From a bacterium (GTDB lineage: Bacteria > Electryoneota > Electryoneia > Electryoneales > Electryoneaceae), in the NCBI GenBank assembly GCA_963669175.1, contig OY769902.1, positions 1,216,001 through 1,280,000 of the forward strand: a DNA stretch of 64,000 nt, given 5' to 3'. The translations under genes were made by a program, and so were the position numbers. The notes beneath the pieces were generated by a model. That model did not search any database, was not told the DNA's origin, and saw only the letters and a list, made by a program, of their open reading frames with translations. Positions 29,405 through 39,045 of this stretch are shown piece after piece. Numbering within the stretch: the first letter of the stretch is position 1; every line of letters begins with the position of its first letter.

Positions 29405-31804
29405 ATGCTAAAGAACCAGATACTCATTGCATGGCGAAACCTGCTACGCGACAAAGGATATGCAGTGATCAACCTGGTTGGGCTTTCCATAGGATTGGCC
29501 TGCTGTCTGCTTATGCTGTTGTATGTTCTGGACGAGCTATCCTATGATCGTTGGCATGAGAATCCACAGGAATTATATCGTCTCTATTTTCACTATGTCA
29601 CTCCCGAAGAAGAGGGAGCTTGGGCATGTGTTCCGCCTGGTTTTGGCCCCAAGATAGATAATCATTTTACCGATATTACTGCGACAACCCGTATCATGCG
29701 TTCCTGGCGAACAAACACGGTACGTTACCAGGACAATGTCTTCCTTGAAGACAATATTGTATATGCCGATTCCAATGTGTTTTCCATTTTCGGGTATCAC
29801 CTGATCAATGGCGATGAGGCTACTGCACTGAACCGCCCCTTTACCGTCATGATAACCCGTTCCACTGCCGAGAAGTACTTTGGCAATGACGACCCGATCG
29901 GAAAATCGCTTAGCACCGGCACTGATCGGACGTATGAGGTGACTGCGGTTATCGAGGACATTCCACCGCAATCCCATATGCACGCTGACCTGTTTATTTC
30001 CATGGTCACCCTCCGTGAAATCATTGGGGCCGAGTTCCTGGAAAATGATAACCGTTCCAATTTCTATACCTATTTCCGGCTCCGAGACGGGACAGATGTT
30101 AAAGATATGGAGCAACGTATTTACACTTTCCTTGATGATTTGCACCCTGACGAGGAAGGGGATGAAGAACAGGAAGGTCTATACGAATTTCCCTTGCAAC
30201 CGGTTGTTGATATCCACCTTTATTCGACTCTTGAAAAGGAGTTTGAACCTAATGGCAAGGCGGAATATGTCTATGTCTTTTCGGCCGCGGCCCTGCTGGT
30301 TCTGCTGATTGCTACGTTGAACTATATCAACCTTTCAACGGCCCGTTCTTTGCGCCGTGCAAGGGAAATCGGTGTACGAAAGGTGCTGGGGGCAGGGAAG
30401 AGTCGGCTCATTGGACAATTCCTGATTGAATCGCTTCAGTACACGCTGACAGCCATGCTGTTTTCCATTCCGCTTATTCTGTTCGCATTACCCTGGTTTG
30501 ACCGCTTGGCTGGGAAGTCATTTGATGCTCACATCCTGCTGAGTCCACATATTCTCCTTTCGCTGCTGGGTATGACCCTGCTAGTTGGATTGCTCGCTGG
30601 CGTTTACCCTGCGTTGATTCTATCCTCGTTCAGTCCTTCAGAGGTGTTTGGTTCAGTGAGTCGTGGAAGGAAGAAATCACGATTCCGTCAAACCATGGTC
30701 GTGTTGCAGTTCACTCTTTCTGTGGCTTTGATCGCAGCTACCCTGATTGTGCATGAGCAGTTGAACTACATGCGCAGCAAGCCGCTTGGTTTCAACAAGG
30801 AGCAGTTGCTCCTGATTCCTCTTCAGCCTCAAGTCAATCGACAGCTTGAAGTGTTTAAATGCGAGCTTTGCGCTCTTGCAGGAGTAACCGATGCCGGCGC
30901 CAGCATTTCTGTTCCCGGGGTTCGTTTTGAATACTGGCCATTCAGCTTTGAATCACGTGGAGAAAACGTGGCTGTTTCGGGACGCTCGATAACCGTAGAT
31001 CACGACTTTCTACGTACCCTGGGCGTTCATTTTCTTGAGGGACGCGATTTTTCACGAGATTATCCAACTGACATGACATCCGCCATGATTGTCAATAAGG
31101 CGGCAGTAGAACAATATGGCTGGGAAAACCCGATCGGGATGACCATTTCACGCAATATTATCGATGCCGTGCAGGAAAACACGGTTATCGGGGTTATCGA
31201 TAATTTTCATTATGCAACTCTGCATACCTCCATTGAGCCCCTGTTTGTTCAAATCGTGGAGGGACGGTACCGTTTTGTTATCGCCCGCCTTACCGGGCAG
31301 GATATTCCGGGCACGATCGCGCAGATTCAAGATGTATGGGAGAAGTTTGCCCCTGAATCCCCCTTCGATTACAGTTTCGTTGACCAGGATTTTGATACAC
31401 TTTACAAGGGTGAAGAACGTCTGGCACAGGTATTTGGCACTTTCAGCGGGATCGGTATCCTGCTGGCTTACCTGGGTGTTGTTGGCTTGGTGGCCTATTC
31501 ATCCCAGCAACGGTTCAAGGAATTTGCCATCCGGAAGGTACTTGGTGCGGAAGTGACGAACCTGGTGTACCTGATATCACGTGAAACGGTTATTCTTGTC
31601 CTGATTGCGAATGTTATAGCTATCGGGCCGGTTGTCTACTCCATGCAACACTGGCTGAACGGGTTCGCGTATCGTACCGGACTGGCAGCAGGACCGTTCC
31701 TTCTGTCCGGTAGCCTTGCGCTCCTGATCGCATTGATTACGGTGAGCCTGATGGCGCTACGGACGGCAGATCTGAACCCGGTTGAGGCGCTGAGGAATGA
31801 ATAG
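29405..31804 (+). CDS. ABC transporter permease (MacB/FtsX-like, duplicated domains)
   Basis: MLKN...AWRNL, NYINLSTAR..RAREIGVRKVLGA, C-terminal NPVEALRNE. Confidence 0.92.
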   Translation: MLKNQILIAWRNLLRDKGYAVINLVGLSIGLACCLLMLLYVLDELSYDRWHENPQELYRLYFHYVTPEEEGAWACVPPGFGPKIDNHFTDITATTRIMRSWRTNTVRYQDNVFLEDNIVYADSNVFSIFGYHLINGDEATALNRPFTVMITRSTAEKYFGNDDPIGKSLSTGTDRTYEVTAVIEDIPPQSHMHADLFISMVTLREIIGAEFLENDNRSNFYTYFRLRDGTDVKDMEQRIYTFLDDLHPDEEGDEEQEGLYEFPLQPVVDIHLYSTLEKEFEPNGKAEYVYVFSAAALLVLLIATLNYINLSTARSLRRAREIGVRKVLGAGKSRLIGQFLIESLQYTLTAMLFSIPLILFALPWFDRLAGKSFDAHILLSPHILLSLLGMTLLVGLLAGVYPALILSSFSPSEVFGSVSRGRKKSRFRQTMVVLQFTLSVALIAATLIVHEQLNYMRSKPLGFNKEQLLLIPLQPQVNRQLEVFKCELCALAGVTDAGASISVPGVRFEYWPFSFESRGENVAVSGRSITVDHDFLRTLGVHFLEGRDFSRDYPTDMTSAMIVNKAAVEQYGWENPIGMTISRNIIDAVQENTVIGVIDNFHYATLHTSIEPLFVQIVEGRYRFVIARLTGQDIPGTIAQIQDVWEKFAPESPFDYSFVDQDFDTLYKGEERLAQVFGTFSGIGILLAYLGVVGLVAYSSQQRFKEFAIRKVLGAEVTNLVYLISRETVILVLIANVIAIGPVVYSMQHWLNGFAYRTGLAAGPFLLSGSLALLIALITVSLMALRTADLNPVEALRNE

Positions 31805-31944
31805 ATAATTGATGTTTTCCTTATTTCAGTTAGTGTAATGCTTTGTCCTGAAATTAGTATAAACCCTGTTTGACGAGCAAACAGGGGCAGTCAAACAGAG
31901 GTATTCATCCAGGGCAGTCAGTCAGAGGTAGTCAGTCAGTAAAA

Positions 31945-32673
31945 GTCCACCGAAGGTGGACAACTTGAATAGCGCGGTGCGTAAGCGCTGTCTCTTACCC
32001 ACATCTTCTGAAAGCTGTATCAGTAAAAGAGTTGTGGACATAGCATTTTTAGAATCCCGGCGGGATTCCCTATTTTAGCATAGTGTACAGGCCGTCTGTT
32101 TGGCCTGTACACTATGTCAGGTATTCTAACGAATAATCAACCCTGGAAGGGTTGCATAATACGCGATTCATATTAGTACGTTCAATAAATACAGGAAATA
32201 ACGCATTTTATATTCTATACAAACCAATTGGGTGTAAATTATACGTTATGCAACCCTTCCAGGGTTGAGATAAGGTTTGATCTTTTTCGTAGGGTAGACG
32301 CTAAACAGACAGCGTCAACCCTACGCTAAAATATACCACCCCCTCTGGGGTGGCAGAAACACGAAGATGTGAGCAAGAGACAGTGCGTAAGCGCCGGGGA
32401 AACGATCATCCCCCTCATTTTGATCCCGAAGGGATCGCACAATGTTCAAGAAAATTCCACTTTTCCTGATGTGCGTCCCCTTCGGGGACGATTATTGCTA
32501 ACGACTTGATATTCCCGACGCTTACGCACCGCGCTATTCAAGTGTCACCTCTTCGAGGTGGATTGCTCTACCGCAATAAGCAGTCGTTCGTCTCAAGTGT
32601 CACCTCTTCGAGGTGGATTGCTCTATCGCAATAAGCAGTCGTTCGTCTCAAGTGTCACCTCTTCGAGGTGGAT
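31945..32673. repeat. REP-like inverted-repeat cassette (CTTGAATAGCGCGGTGCGTAAGCG ends) with a 55-bp tandem tail at 32538-32673
   Basis: Left arm 31945-31987 mirrored near 32514-32562; 2.5 near-identical 55-bp units follow; related element at 58691-58776. Confidence 0.8.
31988..32383. mobile_element. MITE with IS50/Tn5-like ends and 10-bp TSD TGCGTAAGCG
   Basis: Ends CTGTCTCTTACCCACATCTTC / GAAGATGTGAGCAAGAGACAG; TSD at 31978-31987 and 32384-32393. Confidence 0.85.
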
Positions 32674-32791
32674 GTCCATTCCAGCACAAGTTTGTGCTCC
32701 AATCATACGTCACTTTGATGACAACATGAAAAACGGGACAAATCCATAAGGAATCATCCCGTTTTTAAAAGATATGTATCACCAAAGAAAA

Positions 32792-33745
32792 CTACCTCTT
32801 TTTCCTCTTCAGCAACTCCCGGATCTTGCTGATCATATCCGTATGGCGCAGGCCGAAGGCGTCCAGTAATTCACCCGGTTGGCCGGACTTGCCATAACGA
32901 TCCATCACGGCCACATAGTCCATGGGCACGGGGCAATACTGCGCTGTCACTTGCGCCACGGCGCTGCCCAGTCCGCCATAGATCTGGTGCTCTTCCGCGG
33001 TCAGGATCGCCCCGGTCTGTTCGGCAGCGTCACAAATCGCACGCTCGTCAATCGGCTTGACCGTATGCATGTTCAGCACACGCACCCCCACACCTTCTTT
33101 CGCCAGCATTTCCTGCGCGATCATGGCTTCAGCCACCATATGCCCGATCGCGATGATGGTAACATCGCTGCCCTCGGCCATGATCTGCGCCTTGCCGATC
33201 TCGAAGGTGTCATCCGTAGAGGTTACCGTCGGCACCGGCTCACGTCCGAACCGAATATACACCGGGCCGTCCACTTCATACGCGGCAACTGTGGCAATCC
33301 GTGTCTGGTTAAAATCCGCCGGGGCCAGCACAGTAAAATTCGGCAGCGCACGCACCGCCGCGATATCTTCCAGCATCTGGTGAGTCGCGCCGTCCGGACC
33401 GACACTGATTCCCGAATGAGCGCCGCCAATCTTGATGTTGCAGGGAGTGTAGCCGACGGTGACACGCAACTGGTCCAGCACACGTCCCACTCCAAACGCG
33501 CTGTACGTGACGTAATAAGGCACTTTTCCCAGGCGACTCATTCCAGCCGCCATGGCCACCATGTTCTGCTCCTGTATACCCATCTCGAAATGACGTTCAG
33601 GAAAACGCTCCATGAAATAATTAGTATTCAGGCTGCCGATATTATCGCTGACCAGCACCACGACATCATCATGCTTTTCGCCGATGTCCACCAGCCCACG
33701 TCCCCAACCCTCACGCGGAGGTTTCCAGTCTCCTGTTCCGCTCAT
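32792..33745 (-). CDS. Transketolase, C-terminal (pyrimidine-binding) subunit
   Basis: MGIQEQNM, GPDGATHQ and EEHQIYGGLGSAV motifs. Confidence 0.93.
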   Translation of the reverse strand: MSGTGDWKPPREGWGRGLVDIGEKHDDVVVLVSDNIGSLNTNYFMERFPERHFEMGIQEQNMVAMAAGMSRLGKVPYYVTYSAFGVGRVLDQLRVTVGYTPCNIKIGGAHSGISVGPDGATHQMLEDIAAVRALPNFTVLAPADFNQTRIATVAAYEVDGPVYIRFGREPVPTVTSTDDTFEIGKAQIMAEGSDVTIIAIGHMVAEAMIAQEMLAKEGVGVRVLNMHTVKPIDERAICDAAEQTGAILTAEEHQIYGGLGSAVAQVTAQYCPVPMDYVAVMDRYGKSGQPGELLDAFGLRHTDMISKIRELLKRKKR

Positions 33746-33748
33746 CGT

Positions 33749-34642
33749 CTATGCCTCCGGTTCGTATAGGGTGGTCGATGTTGCCTGCCGCAAACGTGTT
33801 TTCCACGCATCATACCCGGTCCCCAGCTCTTTCAGGAAACGGTCGGCCTCATCCGGTTTCGGGGGACGGCCATGCCAGCGATAATTATCCTCGATCTCGG
33901 CAATCCCACGCCCCATTTTGGTGTGCGCCAGGATCACACTCGGCTTGCCGATGAAGGTGTTCGCTTCGTTGAAAGCGTTCAGGATGGCGTTCATGTCATG
34001 ACCATCAATCTCAAGCACATGCCAGCCGAAGGCAGCGTACTTGCCGGCGAGGGGCTCGATGTTCATGACGTCCGCAGTGGAACCGTCAATCTGGACGCCG
34101 TTGAGGTCTACTATCGCCGTCAGGTTATCCAGCTTGAAATGGGCCGCGCTCATTACCGCTTCCCAGACACTGCCTTCCTGCTGCTCGCCATCCCCCATGA
34201 TGCACCAGCAACGGCGAGGATGGTTGTCCATTTTCGAGGCCATCGCCGCCCCGATAACCACGCCCAATCCTTGTCCCAACGATCCGGCCGCGACCTCCAG
34301 GCCGGGAGTGTCATGGGTGGAAGGGTGCCCCTGGAGATGGCCCTTGAACTGACGGAAGCCCAGCAGGTCAACCGGGGGAAAGTAGCCACGCTCCGCCATG
34401 GCGCTATAAATCACCGGGGTGACATGCCCGATGGAAAAATGCCAGAAATCACGATCTGCCCATTTGGGGTTGGCTGGATCGATGTTCAACTCGTTGAAGA
34501 GTAGGGCGGTCGCGAAATCGGTGCAGGATAACGATCCGCCGGTGTGCCCGCTTCCGGCATTGGCGTTCATGGCGATGATATCTCGACGGATGTCGCGTGC
34601 TTTCGCGATCAGTTTGTCGCTGGACCAGTTCAACCGTGGCAA
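33749..34642 (-). CDS. Transketolase, N-terminal (TPP-binding) subunit
   Basis: SGHTGGSLS, LQGHP, GSLGQG and GDGEQQEG...N TPP motif. Confidence 0.93.
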   Translation of the reverse strand: MPRLNWSSDKLIAKARDIRRDIIAMNANAGSGHTGGSLSCTDFATALLFNELNIDPANPKWADRDFWHFSIGHVTPVIYSAMAERGYFPPVDLLGFRQFKGHLQGHPSTHDTPGLEVAAGSLGQGLGVVIGAAMASKMDNHPRRCWCIMGDGEQQEGSVWEAVMSAAHFKLDNLTAIVDLNGVQIDGSTADVMNIEPLAGKYAAFGWHVLEIDGHDMNAILNAFNEANTFIGKPSVILAHTKMGRGIAEIEDNYRWHGRPPKPDEADRFLKELGTGYDAWKTRLRQATSTTLYEPEA

Positions 34643-34780
34643 GTGAACCTCCTCGCTTTACGGGAATGGTGGTATGGTGGCCTCGTGAAACGCGACGCCA
34701 CATCGGTTGAGACAAAGGTAGGGGAGCAGATGCCTCGTTTCAATCGGTTGAGCGGTTCTCCCGGTCAGGGTATCGCGGAA

Positions 34781-34990
34781 AATTTACAGGATGAACAAGA
34801 TAGTAAGGATGGCAAGGATGAAAAAATGAAGACTTGAACGATATGGATCGTACAACTTGTGATCTTGAATGAGGAACCCAAATTTCATCAACCTTAACGT
34901 GCTATTTCTTTTATAAATTAACCATGTTTTTAACCGGAAAATTGGTTTTATCCTTGATATCCTTTTTATCCTGTTCATCCTGTAAATTCT
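34781..34990. repeat. Family D inverted pair (ACAGGAT 9-mer arrays)
   Basis: AATTTACAGGATGAACA... mirrored by ...TGTTCATCCTGTAAATT. Confidence 0.75.
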
Positions 34991-35169
34991 TGTGCGGCTG
35001 AACTGTAAATTCTTGTTAAGAGTCAAACTGTATACAAAAAACAACGCTACGTCGGGTGGCCCGATTCACAAGTGATGGAGCTTCCGTTGTGGTTGCAGTT
35101 TGAATACTGTGATGGTGTTACAACTCATGACGCAATTTCGAGTGAGTCGGGATTGTGGCCAACTGTATA

Positions 35170-35348
35170 CAAAAAAACAACGCTGCGGGTGCTCAGGCCG
35201 CAGCGTCTATTCCCCAGGCTTACCGACCGAAGACGGAGCCCTTGCTCATCAAGTTTTGACAGGTAGTAGGGAACAGGCGCTTCTTCTTCCGGTATCTCCG
35301 TGAAGGGCGTCAGCCCCTGTCCACTCTGTAACCTGTATCGTTCCTTCC
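35170..35348 (-). ncRNA. Candidate sigma28-dependent small RNA, about 175 nt
   Basis: TGAAG-N15-GCCGATAG promoter at 35382-35355, long internal hairpin, terminator at 35206-35171, no convincing ORF. Confidence 0.45.
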
Positions 35349-36045
35349 CTAATACTATCGGCAACAAGAAGGGGATTCTTCACCCTGATAGGCCACGATG
35401 ACTCCTCGCTTACTTCAAGTTTTTTATGACTTTCAGCGCGTTCTTGAAGTATATTGGCTTCGACTTCAGTTTTTCTTATCTTCGCAGTTAAAGAAAGTTG
35501 CAAGATATACTTCAGGTTTAAAACTCTCCCCGAGAGCTCGAGGCGCAAACAGGGATATTTCGACCTTGGCAATAGTTGCAAATATGTTAGCTTTTTTGTC
35601 GCTTGCGTTTATGAAATTCATTATATCATATTGGTATTTAGTAATTTGTAAAAGAGTAGTACTAAGTGGTTTGTATGGGACTGATGATGCAGGCCATCCA
35701 GAATTTTCTACATGTAAAAGTGTACTTGAAGTATTCCTGAATCAGCGGATTCTGTTGTTCCGTAAACACGAAAAATCACAAAATTAGGTGTCAACAAGAA
35801 GTGTGCATTTTTGCAATATGTGTTAAGTTATTAATAACAGCATGTAACGACAATGAAGCTCTTAATAATTTCTTTTCAGATAAATGGGAGATCGACAAAG
35901 GGACTGTTTTTCAAGCTTAAAGTTATGCTTGTGTTTGTGTGGGTGGCGCCTGTTTCAGGGTTGGTATATTTCAGCTTCTTTTTCTTCAGGTGGATATCAA
36001 TTTTCCAGCGTTTCGCCGATTCCATTGCTATACTCGATTTAATTG

Positions 36046-36252
36046 AGATTGTCGGGAAAAGGGGACGGGATACTTTTCCTCCCTCACATACGGAATACTC
36101 TTGAAGTATTCATGGAAAAGGAAACTGTACCCCTTTTCCGTGTGATTCCTGTCTGCTCGTATTAAAAAGGGTACAGCCACCTTTCACGAACCATAAACAC
36201 TGTGGGACACCTGTATCCCAGGGAAAGGAGGCAGTCCCCTTTTTCCATATCC
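36046..36252 (-). repeat. REP-like family C copy
   Basis: Reverse complement similar to 22199-22410. Confidence 0.8.
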
Positions 36253-36529
36253 TCCCTCCCAATCACCAGTAAATCACCGTTGGATTATACCATTACGATT
36301 GTATATCGAATCCTGTTGTCGCACATCTGTCACAATGTGAGGGCTCGCATTGCTCACTTGTTACCCTGCCTGGGGTAACGTATACTCACGTGAAAAGTTG
36401 CAGCTCTTTTTTACGGAAACCGTTTGGTAGCGGGGGTGCTCGAGCGTACCTTCATCGGCGGGAACCGATTAACGTGATTGTGCATCTAACTTCACAACAA
36501 AAAGTGAACCAGATGACGGGGGTGCGGAC

Positions 36530-38314
36530 GTGAAACGTACGACAACCTTTCTTTTGTCCCTTGCAATTGTAGCGATGTTGCTTCCCTTCCAAGGGGCGTG
36601 GGGGCAATTTGATTTTGAAGAACCGACCATCCCGGTAACCATTACCACAGATCCTTCACCTGCGCCGATTGGCGGTACGGTGACAGTGACTGCGACATTC
36701 GCAGTTCCGCCGGATCATCACATTACCGATAAATCCTACGACCTTTTATCTTTCAACCTGGCCCTCCCTGAAGGGTGGACGGTTACGGATACTGTCTGGC
36801 CTACAGGCGTCGTGGAACATGATGAGGAGGTCTATCGTGGTGAGGTGCCGCTTGGGTTGGTGGTACAGGTTCCCGCTTCGGTGAGTCCCGGTGACTATAC
36901 CATCACGTATGATCATTCTTATCAAGCCTGCCGTGAACTGGAGCCGGAACTCTGTTTCCCGCCGATAAGCGGTGAGGGTGAATTAACCCTGACTACTGCT
37001 GAGGGTGTTGCCGGGGGCAGTGGTGGCGCGTTGGAAGACCGTCTGACCAACGCTCTCGAGAGCGGTTCGGTGATGGCGTTTGTGCTGGTGTTCCTGGCAG
37101 GTATCCTGGTGAGCCTTACCCCCTGTGTCTACCCCATGATTCCGATCATCATCGGTTTTGTTGGCGCTGGTGCGGGCGGAAGCAAGGTGAAGGGCTTCAT
37201 CCTGTCCCTGTTCTTTGTGTTGGGGCTGGTGTTGACCTATGCCGTGCTGGGTGTGATCGCCGGGGCGACTGGCGCGCTGTTTGGCGCGTTCATGTCCAAC
37301 CCGATTGTCTTGTGGGTGATTGTCGCGATTTTCTTTGCGTTGGGCGCTTCCATGCTGGGCGCGTTTGACATTGCGCTTCCCGCATCGGTACAGGGCAAGC
37401 TGATGGGCGGCCAGAGGCAAGGGCTGTTCGGGGCGATTTTCATGGGTGGCGTTACCGGGCTGGTAGCTGCGCCGTGTGCCGGGCCGCCGTTACTGGTACT
37501 GCTCGGCTGGATCGGAAACACCAATAGCCTGGTGCTCGGGTTCTTCCTGATGGCGACCTTTGCCTTCGGTATCGGCATCCTGTTCATCTTCATAGGCACC
37601 TTCGCCGGGGCGATGACCGCCTTGCCGCAAGCCGGGCCGTGGATGGACAACATCAAGAAGGGTCTCGGCATCCTGATCTTTGCCGTAGCCATGTATTACC
37701 TGCACCTGTTGCTGCCGGATACGATGTTCATCCTGCTGTTGGGTGCGTTCCTGATCATTATTGGCGGTGCATTCGGGGCTTGGAAAAAAGTCGAGGAGCT
37801 GGGCAAGGTCGGTATGATCGGCAAGGGCTTGGGGATCGCGCTGATCGTGGCGGGCGCGTTTTATGTGCTGTTCGGCCTGGGTACCTGGCACAAGCTGCCG
37901 TTGGTGACCGGTGAAGGACTATCCGGTGGAGTCGTGGTACAGCAGGGCGGCGGCGCTGTTTCTGAAGTCCATGTCCCCTTCCGGGTGAACGACCATGATG
38001 CGGTCCTGGCCGATGCAGCGGAAACCGATATGCCTGTCCTGATAGATTTCTACGCGGACTGGTGCGCGGTCTGTGTGGAGCTGGATCACAATGTCTGGAA
38101 CCAGGCGGAGGTGATTGATGCGGCGCAGGCGTATATCCCGTTGAAGCTGGATTTCACACGTTCCGTACCCGAACTGGAAGCCTTGCGCAAGCAGTACGGT
38201 GTTGGTGGCTTGCCGACGGTGCTGATTCTCGGCCCTGACGGCAAAGAACGCAGCCGTTTCTCCTCATTCAAAACACCGGAAGAGACAGTCGCGTGGCTGA
38301 ACCAGTATAAGTAG
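36530..38314 (+). CDS. dsbD: DsbD-like protein-disulfide reductase (N-terminal domain, CcdA TM domain, thioredoxin)
   Basis: YQAC...CFPP, SLTPCVYPMIP, AAPCAGP and DFYADWCAVC motifs. Confidence 0.88.
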   Translation: MKRTTTFLLSLAIVAMLLPFQGAWGQFDFEEPTIPVTITTDPSPAPIGGTVTVTATFAVPPDHHITDKSYDLLSFNLALPEGWTVTDTVWPTGVVEHDEEVYRGEVPLGLVVQVPASVSPGDYTITYDHSYQACRELEPELCFPPISGEGELTLTTAEGVAGGSGGALEDRLTNALESGSVMAFVLVFLAGILVSLTPCVYPMIPIIIGFVGAGAGGSKVKGFILSLFFVLGLVLTYAVLGVIAGATGALFGAFMSNPIVLWVIVAIFFALGASMLGAFDIALPASVQGKLMGGQRQGLFGAIFMGGVTGLVAAPCAGPPLLVLLGWIGNTNSLVLGFFLMATFAFGIGILFIFIGTFAGAMTALPQAGPWMDNIKKGLGILIFAVAMYYLHLLLPDTMFILLLGAFLIIIGGAFGAWKKVEELGKVGMIGKGLGIALIVAGAFYVLFGLGTWHKLPLVTGEGLSGGVVVQQGGGAVSEVHVPFRVNDHDAVLADAAETDMPVLIDFYADWCAVCVELDHNVWNQAEVIDAAQAYIPLKLDFTRSVPELEALRKQYGVGGLPTVLILGPDGKERSRFSSFKTPEETVAWLNQYK

Positions 38315-38440
38315 TTGTTGCCATTAGATGTGTTTACAACAAACCGGGACTGCTACTCTTTTTCGCGTGTGAAAACGTCGATGGTTGTGGATTTTATAGG
38401 ATATGGCTGCTCAAATGTTGATTTCCGGTATGGCATGTAG

Positions 38441-38590
38441 CGAAAAAGGTAGCTGTACCTGAATTTTCCCATTCGTGGTCTTTTGAGGTGAGCATCAAGC
38501 GAAAAATCCGGTACAGCTACCTTTTCGTCAAACGTGATGTGAGAGTTCAACAGCAGCGGATCTGAAAAGGTAGCAGTCCCATTTTTCGCT
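38441..38590 (-). repeat. REP-like family B copy (partial)
   Basis: AAAAGGTAGCTGTACC, GGTACAGCTACCTTTT, AAAAGGTAGCAGTCCCATTTTTCGC. Confidence 0.8.
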
Positions 38591-39045
38591 ACCCATTACC
38601 CATTCCTCGTTCAGGTTTTCCCAGCAAGACATACCGAAAGACGCACAGAAGAGAGACACTCCAGGAGACTGGACACGATTACAGGAACACTCCCTGAAAC
38701 TGATACTCTTTATCTTCCGGTTATACCCTCGATCCGGGCAATACGGGTACTCATTGGCCTATGTTAAGACATTCTAATCTATCCGTCTTTTCGAGTGATT
38801 TTAATGTAGAATCCATGGTTAATAAAGAATATGTGGATTATTAATATATTATAAATAATTGATAATACAGTAATGTAAGATAAGAGACTCAAGCTTGTCC
38901 AGAAGGATGAATCGCGAAACAACCTGAAATATTGTACTCAAAAAAATGAAAAATCTCCTCTCTTTTACAGCATCTTTATACTCGATGTACTATATTCCGC
39001 TGAGGACAAAACCAACCTTACAGACAACCCAGGGAGAACCCAAAG

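Noticed and set aside
32538-32673. Palindromic 55-bp repeats as a CRISPR array
   Set aside because: The intervening segments are near-identical, so this is a tandem duplication; no unique spacers and no cas genes
35259-35336. SRP RNA or 6S RNA identity for the candidate sRNA
   Set aside because: CCGGAAGAAGAAGC only loosely resembles SRP domain IV, and no 6S-like closed rod with a central bubble is evident
35465-35620. 51-aa minus-strand ORF (MNFINASDKKANIF...) as a remnant of a defence effector
   Set aside because: Similarity is limited to a few residues in AT-rich DNA and cannot be supported without a search
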